A stretch of DNA of 42,624 bases from Myxococcales bacterium (GTDB lineage Bacteria; Myxococcota_A; Polyangia; Polyangiales; Polyangiaceae), in contig JADIZX010000009.1 in assembly GCA_016704525.1 (NCBI GenBank), forward strand, positions 1 to 42,624, in the 5' to 3' direction. Shown piece after piece: positions 9,778 to 18,208 of this stretch. The notes beneath the pieces are model-generated. The model did not search any database. It saw only the letters and a list, made by a program, of their open reading frames with translations, and was not told where the DNA came from. A program made the translations under genes and the position numbers. Positions within the stretch are counted from its first letter, which is position 1; each line of letters starts with the position of its first letter.

Positions 9778-10141
9778 CTACTTGATGATCGGTGGCTGGG
9801 CGGTGAGCTTCCACAGCGAGCCGCGCTATACTAAAGATCTCGATCTGCTCTTGGTCGGGAGTGACGACAATCTCGCGAGAGCGGCGGAGGCCCTCGGCGC
9901 CTTCGGGGCGCCACGTTCGGTCATCGACCTGCTGCTCGCGCTCGGGCCGGAGGAGTTCAGCTCACTCGTCGCCGTCGCAGGCCAGACGCTCGAACGCGTC
10001 CCCGCGGCTCACGCGAGTCCATCGAGGATCCCTCGCGACCTCCGCAAGCGCCGCGCGGTCCTCGTCGCCAAGCGCGGGCCCCTCCTCCGCGGACGCGAAC
10101 GCGAGGGAGACGGCCTTCTTTGCGGTGGGAGCCATGACTGA
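9719..10141 (+). CDS. minimal nucleotidyltransferase-fold (MNT/AbiEii-like) protein
   Basis: GTG at 9719 with SD ggagga 4-5 nt upstream. The motif YLMIGGWAVSFHSEPRYTKDLDLLLVG matches the GG-x(9-13)-D-h-D-h signature of Pol-beta-superfamily minimal NTases. Preceded by FRDLLSQFAASSVDY. 140 aa. Confidence 0.55.
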   Translation: MDLHPDFRDLLSQFAASSVDYLMIGGWAVSFHSEPRYTKDLDLLLVGSDDNLARAAEALGAFGAPRSVIDLLLALGPEEFSSLVAVAGQTLERVPAAHASPSRIPRDLRKRRAVLVAKRGPLLRGREREGDGLLCGGSHD

Positions 10142-10294
10142 GGAGTAGCGCGTCAGGGCGCGCCCGTCACCCACGCCCCGCGACACGTCCGAGAGGCAGC
10201 TCTGACGCCGTCGGTGAGCTGCGTGCCGCGGAGGCGCGCCCGTCACGGACCGCTCGGGTTGCTCGGTCACGGCGCCGGAGGTATCGTGCTCCGC

Positions 10295-11398
10295 ATGAGC
10301 GCGGGGTCTCCGTTGGGGTGTGCGCTACGCGAGCAGCGTGACGCCCTCGGCTGTTCAGCCGAGCGACTCGCCGCGCTCTCCGAGCTGCCCGTCGACAGAG
10401 TGCTCGCCCTCGAGCAAGGCGCGCAGGCGACGACCCGTGAAATCGCGAAGCTGGCGTCAGCCCTCGCCGTGGATCCCGCCGCGCTGTGGCGAGGCGAGGT
10501 CAGCCTGCCTCGAACGACCGCGCGATTCCGTGCGCCGAGCGGCGTCGCGTCCCTCGCGGAGGGCGACGCGCGGCTGCTCGCGCGGGCCGCAGAGGCGGGG
10601 CGCGTCCTCGCGCATCTGCGCTCGCTGCGCGGCGAGGAGGCGGCGTCCGTCGTGGCCCGGAGGAGGGTGTCCGGCGTCGCCGGGTGGCCCGAGCCCTGGG
10701 ACCAGGGCTACCGGCTTGGCGCGAGGCTGCGAGCCGACCTCGGGCCCGGCAAGGCGCCAATTCCTTCGGTGCAGCGCCTTCTCGAGGAGCACGGCGTGCA
10801 CGTCGCCTGGAGCGCGTTCGAGAGCGGCGACGTGATCGCGGCCAGTCTCTACGAGCCCGGCGCGGCGCCCGTCATCCTGCTCAATACGAGGTCGCCGAGG
10901 GCGAGGGCGAGGCTCTCACGCCGAGCTGTCCTGGCTCATGAGCTCTGCCATCTCGTGGTCGACGGCGGCGAGACGGACCTGCTCACGCTCGTCTCCCGCG
11001 GCGTCGACGCGACCGAGGTCGAGCAACGGGCGAACGGCTTTGCCCCTAGCTTCATCGTGCCCGGAGGGTGGATATCGCCCCACACCACCGACGTCCGACA
11101 GCTCGCTCTCGACGTCGCCACGGAGTGGGGGCTGAGCTTCGAGGGCGCTCTCTGGCACTTGAAGAATGCGCAGCACATCGGGGCGAGGGATGTCGAAGAG
11201 GAGCTGCGGCGGGAGGCCGTCGTCATTCCAGAGGGTGCGTTCGAGGGCGACATCGAGCGCCGAGAGCCGGCGCATCTCCGTCTGGACGTGACGATCGGTC
11301 CCCTCGCATACGGGGCGCTCTCCGACGTGACACTCGGCGCCTTCGAGGCCGACATGATCTCCCGAGGTCGCGCCGTCGAGATCCTCGCGCTCGCATGA
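10295..11398 (+). CDS. XRE-family HTH fused to an ImmA/IrrE-family zinc metallopeptidase (COG2856/DUF955-type)
   Basis: N-terminal HTH (LREQRDALGCSAERLAALSELPVDRVLALEQG). HEXXH zinc motif (VLAHELCHLVVDG). Internal ATG at 10295 chosen; the ORF is open from 10214. Confidence 0.7.
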   Translation: MSAGSPLGCALREQRDALGCSAERLAALSELPVDRVLALEQGAQATTREIAKLASALAVDPAALWRGEVSLPRTTARFRAPSGVASLAEGDARLLARAAEAGRVLAHLRSLRGEEAASVVARRRVSGVAGWPEPWDQGYRLGARLRADLGPGKAPIPSVQRLLEEHGVHVAWSAFESGDVIAASLYEPGAAPVILLNTRSPRARARLSRRAVLAHELCHLVVDGGETDLLTLVSRGVDATEVEQRANGFAPSFIVPGGWISPHTTDVRQLALDVATEWGLSFEGALWHLKNAQHIGARDVEEELRREAVVIPEGAFEGDIERREPAHLRLDVTIGPLAYGALSDVTLGAFEADMISRGRAVEILALA

Positions 11399-11454
11399 CG
11401 TGGCGTGAGCCCCGAAGGGGCGAGCGCAGGTCGATGGCGAGCCCGAGCCGTAGG

Positions 11455-12425
11455 CACGCGGGCCCTCACCCCCTCGCGAATCGGCACGAGCCCCACGTGC
11501 CCCTCTCCCACAAGGGGAGAGGGGCCCCTTTCCCGAGCAACTCGTGTGGCCCCTCTCCCCTGGTGGGAGAGGGGCACGAGTCGGCCGCGACGCTCGCGGG
11601 CGGGGTGAGGGCTCACGGGCGGGGTGAGGGCTCACGGGCGGGCAGAGGGCTCGCGCGCGGGCAGAGGGCTCGCGGGGCGGCTCACGTCGGGCGCGACTCT
11701 CGCGGGCCCTCACCCCCTCGCGAATCGGCACGAGCCCCACGTGCCCCTCTCCCACAAGGGGAGAGGGGCCCCTTTCCCGAGCAACTCGTGTGGCCCCTCT
11801 CCCCTGGTGGGAGAGGGGCACGAGTCGGCCGCGACGCTCGCGGGCGGGGTGAGGGCTCGCGGGCGGGGGTGAGGGCTCGCGGGCGGGCAGAAGGCTCGCG
11901 GGCGGGCAGAGGGCTCGCGGGGCGGCTCACGTCGGGCGCGACTCTCGCGGGCCCTCACCCCCCCTCGCGAATCGGCACGAGCCCCGTGCCCCTCTCCCAC
12001 AAGGGGAGGGGCCCCTTTCCCGAGCAACTCGTGTGGCCCCTCTCCCCTGGTGGGAGAGGGGCACGAGTCGGCCGCGACGCTCGCGGGCGGGGTGAGGGCT
12101 CGCGGGCGGGGTGAGGGCTCGCGGGCGGGCAGAAGGCTCGCGCGCGGGCAGAGGGCTCGCGGGGCGGCTCACGTCGGGCGCGACTCTCGCGGGCCCTCAC
12201 CCCCTCGCGAATCGGCACGAGCCCCACGTGCCCCTCTCCCACAAGGGGAGAGGGCCCCTTTCCCGAGCAACTCGCGTGGCCCCTCTCCCCTGGTGGGAGA
12301 GGGGCACGAGTCGGCCGCGACGCTCGCGGGCGGGGTGAGGGCTCGCGGCCGGGGTGAGGGCTCGCGGCCGGCTTGAGGGCTCACGGGCGGCGTGAAGGCT
12401 CACGGGCGGGGTGAGGGCTCACGGC
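11455..12425. repeat. array of four tandem units (period about 243 bp) of the MITE-like palindromic element
   Basis: Units begin at about 11461, 11704, 11950 and 12190. Each has the left TIR, hairpin 1 (cccctctcccacaaggggagagggg), hairpin 2 (cccctctcccctggtgggagagggg), the right TIR, and variable gggcgggcagagggctcgcg sub-repeats. Units are contiguous with no unique spacers. Confidence 0.85.
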
Positions 12426-12759
12426 CGGCCAGCCACTCCCGAAAGCGCTCGAGCACCGCTTCCACGTCTTCCTCCACGTCGGCGGCCGTGACTCGCCAAA
12501 CACGCAGCCCGGAGGCCTCGAGAGCGCTCTGTCGGTCACGGTCGGCCTCGACCCGATCGTCGTGGATGGGCCCGTCGACCTCGACCACGACTCGGAGCTC
12601 GGAGCAGTAGAAGTCGACGACGAACCTGCCCATCGGCTGCTGCCTCCTCCACTTCGTCCCGGCGAACCGCCCGAGTCGCAGCGCCTCCCAGAGGACCGTC
12701 TCCGATCGCGTCTGAGTCCTCCGCAGCCCCCGGGCTCGCTCCGTCATTCTCCGCGCCAT
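12400..12759 (-). CDS. DUF559 (Vsr-like) endonuclease-domain protein
   Basis: TQTRSETVLWEALRLGRFAGTKWRRQQPMGRFVVDFYCSELRVVVEVDGPIHD...SGLRVWRV matches the DUF559/very-short-patch-repair-like fold. It lies 28 bp downstream of hsdR on the same strand. Its last about 8 codons run into the repeat array, so the true stop is uncertain. Confidence 0.7.
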   Translation of the reverse strand: MARRMTERARGLRRTQTRSETVLWEALRLGRFAGTKWRRQQPMGRFVVDFYCSELRVVVEVDGPIHDDRVEADRDRQSALEASGLRVWRVTAADVEEDVEAVLERFREWLAGREPSPRP

Positions 12760-12786
12760 CGACCTCTCGCGTCACGCGCCCGCCAT

Positions 12787-15700
12787 CTATCCCACGTCCC
12801 TCCACACCTCTTCCGCCAGCTCACCCAGCAACATCTCGAGCTTCCCGTCGAACACCTTGTTCAGCCGCGCGAAGCCGCCGTCGGTCTTGAACTGTCCCGC
12901 ATCCAGCGAGGCCTTGTCCACCACGGTCTCGAGCTTCACCTGCTTGGCGATGCGGTCGAGCCACTTGGCCTGGGGCTCGGTGAGCTTGTGGGCCTTCCGG
13001 AGCCGCGCCACCGCGCGATCCACGCGCTCGCCGTAGGGCACGAGCGGTGAGCCGAGCGCGGCCTGGCGGATGTAGCCGACGATGGTCGCGGCGACGTCCT
13101 CGTTCTTCTGCTCTTTCCATGCGGTCTGCACCGACTTTTCGCCGTAGCCCTCCTCGTCGAGCGCGAGCTTGAGCGCCTTCAGGTCCGCGCGCGTGAGATC
13201 GCGCGGGCGCTGGACCACGACCAGCAGCGCGGGGAGCTTGTTCATGTGGCGCGTCACGAAGTCGCGGAACGACTCGAGGTAGTCGGCGGGCGGGCGGCTC
13301 CCGTGCTTGCCATAGCCGCGCGTCACCTCGCGGAGGCCGTCGGCGTGCTCGGACACGAGCACCTTGTACTCGCCGCCGCCCACGGTGCGGTCGAGGAACG
13401 GCGCGAGCGAGGGGTGGGCCCGCAGGTAGGCGGCCGCGTCGAGCACCGTGCCGTGCTTGAGGAGCTGCGTGAGCTCGCGGAGGTCCATGCCCGCCGCGCC
13501 CTGGAAGGGCTCCTGCGCGTCTCCCTGGAGCGCCCGCTTCTTGCGCTGGAGCTTGGCGAGGAGCTCCTCGAGCGACAGGCGCCGGTGCTCGTCGTTCGTG
13601 CCCTCGAGGATCTCCTTCGTGAGCTGCTCAAAGGTCACCTTCGGGTTGACCACGACCGGCTTCATGTCGGTCACGCTCTCGAGCGCGGCGTAGAGATCCA
13701 CGGCGTCGAAGACGCGAAAGCGCTCCTTGCCTATCTCGGGGCACAGGCGCGTCGCGCGGCCCATCATCTGCTCGTAGAGGATGCGGCTCCGCACGCGGCG
13801 CAGAAAGACCAGGTTGGCGATCTTCGGCACGTCGATGCCCGTCGTGAGGAGATCGACCGTGACGGCGATGTTCGGGTGGCGCTCGTTCCGGTAGCGCCGA
13901 ATGGCCTCGAGCGGCCGGTCGGTGGTCCCCGTGATCTTGAGCACCGCGTCGTCGTCGACCTCGCCGAACTTCTTCGTGAGCTCCTCCTTCAGCAGCGTGA
14001 CGACCATGTCGGCGTGCTCGTCGGTGGCGCAGAAGATGAGGGTCTTCTCGTCCTCGCTCGGATCGATGTGGTTCTGGACGAGCTCGGCGAGCACGACGCG
14101 GTTCCAGCCCTCGGTGATGACGCGGCGGTTGAAGGCGTCGATCTCGAAGTCGACGTTCTCGGCGAGCTTCTCCTTCTGGAGCGTCTGCGCCTTGCGATCG
14201 AGGACGAGCACCTCCTCGTGGGCCTCGTAGTGAATGCCGTCGTGCGCCTGGTGCGTGACGATGCGAATGGGCGGCTCGTGGTCCACCAGGAAGCCGTCCA
14301 CGACGGCCTCGCGGTAGCCGTAGGAGTACACCGGGGCGCCGAAAATTTCGCTCGTGTGGAGCGCGGGCGTGGCGGTGAGGCCGATCTTGGTGGCGTCGAA
14401 GTGGTCGAGCACGCGCCGGTACTTCGAGATGTAGTCGTCCTCGTCGCGAAACTCGAGATCACGCTCGGAGAGCTCGCGGTCGAGCAAATACCCTCGATGG
14501 CACTCGTCCACCACGACGCAGTCGTACTGGTCGACGGGCGGGATGTTGGCCTCGCTCGCGTCGTCGTGAGGGCCGAGCACGCGCTTCACCATGGCCTGGA
14601 TCGTGGCCAGCTGGAGCTTGGTCTCGCGGTCCGGCTTGAGATCGCCGAGCTCCTTCACGTCGAAGATGTCGGTGAAGGTCTGCAGGTTCTCGAGGCGGAG
14701 ATCCTTGAGCGCGTCCCCGGTCTGGCGGCCGAGCGCGCTCCGGTCGACGAGGAAGAGCACGCGCCGGAAGCGCTTCGTCTTGAGGAGGCGGTACACGAGG
14801 CCGATGCACGTGCGCGTCTTGCCGGTGCCGGTCGCCATGGCGAGCAAGAGCTCGCGCTGCCCCTTCTCGAGGCCCGCCTCGACCGCGAGGATGGCCTTCC
14901 GCTGGTACTCGCGGTCGATGTACGGCATCGGCTCGACCTGGAGCTTCGCGTGCGCTTCGTCCACGTCCTGGCGCAGGAGGTCGACGAGCCCGTCGGGCGT
15001 GTACCAGCCCTCGAGGGCGGTCGGATGGTTCTGGGGCCGGCGCGCGTCGAGAAACCAGATGCCGCTCTTCGCGTGGAACTGCCGGAGGTACGCGCGGCCG
15101 TTCGTGGCGAAGAGGAACGGCACTTTGTGCGCTCCCCACGGGCTCCCCTCGGGGAGAGACTCGCCGCCCTTCACGAGGTATCCCGCGGAGTACCGCTTGG
15201 CCTGGGGAATGACCCCCGACACGTCCTTGTGCTTGCGCTTCGCCTCCACCACGCCGACCACCTGGAGGCCGGCGAAGAGCACGTAGTCGGCCCAGCCTTC
15301 CCGGCCGTCCACGCGCGTGGGCCACTCGGCGATCGCGAGGTTCTTGCCCTTCGTGGGGCGCGCCCCTCGCTCGAACGTGAGCCCTTGGGAGTCGGCCTCC
15401 CAGCCCGCCGCGCGGAGCTGATGGTCAATCAGCCGCCGCGTGGCGGCTTCGTCAAGGTGGATGTCCTCGCTCGCCTTGTGGGCGACGCCGATGCTCTGCG
15501 CGAGCGCGGCCGGAGGCATCGCGACCGCGGCGGCCTGGAGGGCCGCGAGCTCCTCCGCGAGCTTCTTGTTCTGGGCGAGGAGCGCGGCGCTCTTCTTCGC
15601 CTCGGCCTCGAGCTGCTCCTTCGCGAGCTCCTCCCAGATCGCCGCGTCGTCACGCGCCTTCTGCGCGCGCTGCTCGGCAGTCGTGCGCCCCGCGAGCTCG

Positions 15701-16259
15701 GCCTCGGCGGCCTCGCGCGCCTCCTCGATCGCCCGCTGGGCGGCCTCGAGATCCTTCGTGCGCGCGCGGACGTCGTCGCGCAGGCGCTGGAGCTCGTCCT
15801 CGAGGGCGGCCTCGGGGCGCTGCGGGGGAGAGGGCGGCACGAACGGGCCCGGATCGAACTTGCGGTTGTTGCCGAAGCTCCGCTGAAACCAGACCCCCAG
15901 CTCGCGCGCCATGCGGAGCTGGTGGAGCGCCTCGCCGTGGTCTCCCCGGCCCTCGTGCACCGCGGCGTTGCCGACCCGCCGGAGATCGTGAAAGAGCGAG
16001 CGCTGCGTGGCGCCGATGACGTTCCGCTCCCAGAGCCGATCGATGAGCTGCTGCTGCCCGTCCTGAGGCCCCACGAAGAGCCCGACCTTGGCCGCCGCGC
16101 GCTGCGCGAGCTGCTCACCGAACGCGCGGAGCTTGAAGAGCGTGACCGAGGGATCCCCCGCGAAGTGCTCCTCGGCCTGCGTCGCGAGCGCCACGAGCCG
16201 CGCGTCGTGGTGCGCGAGATAGGCGAAGTTGGGTGACGGAGCGGGCGGCGCGGGAGGCA
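12787..16259 (-). CDS. hsdR: Type I restriction enzyme R subunit HsdR (1157 aa), with an N-terminal DUF4145-like domain and a long coiled-coil
   Basis: ATG at 16259 (MPPAPPAPSPNFAYLAHHDARLV...) chosen; the 1383-aa ORF upstream of it is Arg/Gly junk. Helicase motif I (LLAMATGTGKTRT), motif II (VVVDECHRG), motif III (GLTATP) and HsdR-type C-terminal region are present. Coiled-coil EDELQRLRDDVRARTKDLEAAQRAIEEAREAAE... Confidence 0.9.
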
Positions 16260-16553
16260 TGGGCGGAACGTGGAGGATACACGGATCGAGGGGTGGGTTC
16301 CCAGGGGATCGGGCCAGATCTCCGACTCCTTCCACGGAGCGAGCGTCATCGACGAGTCGACCGCGCCGATGCTTCGCGCGGCTCGAGGGACGCCGGCACG
16401 CGCGGGCGCGGATCGACGTGCGCACCGGCGTTGCCAAGCCAGCGCCAACCGGCGACGCTCGGCGTCGCGCTGCCCGACTGGGATCACCGCTACGAGGCGG
16501 CATCCGTTGAGCTCGTCGTCTCTGCGGACGCGAGGAACGTGACGCGGACATCT

Positions 16554-17624
16554 TCACCCCGACAGGACATCCTCCAGCGTCGCGGCGGTGAGCACCCGCT
16601 CCGCCCAGGTGTCGAGCGTGGCAGCGTCCGCGGCGTCGAGTCGCGCGTTCGCACCCTCGGGGAGCGCACCGAACCGGAGAGCGAGCTGCTTGCGCAACAT
16701 GACGCGTCGACCTTGGACCTCTCCGACGATGATTCCTCGTGCCTCTCCCTTTTGCATCAACTCTTCGCCTGCGGTCATGAGCGTCTCCTTCAAGCGTTCG
16801 TCCGGGAGCGCCCCACGAAGCTGTTCCAGTACGATCCGCGACTCCGCGGGGTGGACCATCATCACATAGCGCAGGACGGTGTCCAGCGCCGCCCTCCCGT
16901 GTGGCGCCATCATGATCTCGAGCGCCACGTCCGCCCACGCGCCCAGATGGCGCACGAGCTCCTCAGGGTCGCGCGCGCGGCGGAAGCAATAGAGCACCAG
17001 CCGGCCGAGCGCGGACATCGCGCGCGCGCGAAGCGCTTCGTCGGTCTCGGTGACGAGCTCGTCGAGCACGAAGCGATGGCGCAGCACGTGCGCGCCCGCG
17101 GCCCGGAGGGTCGCTTCGTCGAGATCGTACAGCTCCTCGAGCGAACGCGCGGCCGTCCAGCCAGCGTCGCCGTGGTGAAGGACGACAGGGACGAGCGCGG
17201 GGAGCACCGTCGCGCCGGGGTTCTCCTTCAGCCACGACTCCCAGATGCGAACGGCATAGACCACCAGCCGAAAGGGCATGAGCGGGTGCGGGGTGCTCTG
17301 ATGCTCGTAAAGGAGATAGAGACGGGCCTCGCGACCCGAGAGCGACACGCGGAACAGAAGATCGGTGTGGCGGCTCTTGAGCTCGGCGTCCACGAACGAG
17401 CCAGGGACGGCCTCGAGCGTGTCCCAGGAGAACCGCGCCGCGAGCCCCTTCGGGAGCGCCGTGCGGAGCGCTCCCTCGGCGTGCCGCGGGTCCGAGAACG
17501 TGGACTTGAAGAGGGCGTCGTGGGGGCTCGGGGGCACGTGCCCAAGATGGCAAAGTCGAGGCCAGCGCGAGCAGGCAGGAATCCTCGGGCGGCGTGGGGG
17601 CGCCGATTGTCCGGGACGGCTCAT
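16554..17624 (-). CDS. Rpn-family recombination-promoting nuclease / putative transposase (PD-(D/E)xK, YhgA-like)
   Basis: HDALFKSTFSDPRHAEGALRTALP...FVDAELKSRHTDLLFRVSLSGREARLYLLYEHQST...FRLVVYAVRIWESW is the hallmark N-terminal nuclease core of the Rpn/transposase_31 family, with a DUF4351-like C-terminus. The start is uncertain: ATG at 17624 leaves an atypical 34-aa leader, and a GTG near 17546 is possible. Confidence 0.7.
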   Translation of the reverse strand: MSRPGQSAPPRRPRIPACSRWPRLCHLGHVPPSPHDALFKSTFSDPRHAEGALRTALPKGLAARFSWDTLEAVPGSFVDAELKSRHTDLLFRVSLSGREARLYLLYEHQSTPHPLMPFRLVVYAVRIWESWLKENPGATVLPALVPVVLHHGDAGWTAARSLEELYDLDEATLRAAGAHVLRHRFVLDELVTETDEALRARAMSALGRLVLYCFRRARDPEELVRHLGAWADVALEIMMAPHGRAALDTVLRYVMMVHPAESRIVLEQLRGALPDERLKETLMTAGEELMQKGEARGIIVGEVQGRRVMLRKQLALRFGALPEGANARLDAADAATLDTWAERVLTAATLEDVLSG

Positions 17625-18208
17625 GGGGTGTCCTGGACGGCGCCCCATGCGCGGCCTCCCGGTCGAGGGAGGCGAGGTGATATCGTCAGCGCGTCAGAAG
17701 GGTCACGGACGACACGCCAGCGTCGATCCCAAGCTCGCGCGCCAGAGCGACCAGGCACGCGACGACTCGCCCACGGTTGACGCGCACATAGCGTGTGCCG
17801 TTGGACCTGGAGCGCGGAGCAGGGGCGCCGTCCATTCGCTTGCCCACGAATGCCGCGCGACGGCGCCCGATAAGAGGTGGGGGGGTTCCACCCGGACGGT
17901 TTCTTACGTCACGGTCTCTTGCAGGCGCTGACGCCGTGCAGCGCCGTGCAGGCCACCTGGCACGGCGGCGGGGGAGTGGCGCCCGGCGTCGCAATTCTGC
18001 CGTGGAGCACGACGTGAGCCCGCGTTGCCCCCCGCTCCGCTTGCTGGGCGCCCAGGAGACCCCGGCGCCCCGACACCCACAACCCACCGCCGCCCTGAAC
18101 GCCCGCCCCTCCCCACCGCCCACCACCACCCCTTTTCTTCCCCCGTCCCTTGCTCGCCGGCCCCCTTGAAGTAGGGTGACGTGGGCGAAATCGCTCGAAA
18201 GGCACCCC

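Noticed and set aside
9962-10270. 102-aa minus-strand ORF overlapping the NTase gene
   Set aside because: It lies entirely within the better-supported NTase ORF (SD plus GG...DLD motif) on the opposite strand. No motif of its own.
10916-12403. Numerous 65-350-aa ORFs inside the repeat array (for example 11068-12114 +, 10916-11821 -)
   Set aside because: They are generated by the repeat units themselves. The same peptide is reiterated (PLSHKGRGP..., SPLVGEGHE...). They are G/R/P-rich with no start context.
11455-12425. Possible CRISPR array
   Set aside because: Units are 243 bp, contiguous, internally palindromic and lack unique spacers. No cas genes nearby. This is a tandemly amplified MITE-like element.
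13246-16236. 996-aa + strand ORF
   Set aside because: Fully antisense to the well-supported hsdR gene. It is Leu/Arg/Gly/Ala/Val-rich (for example ...ALEGLLRVSLERPLLALELGEELLERQAPVLVVRALEDLL...) with no motifs. This is typical of the reverse frame of a GC-rich gene.
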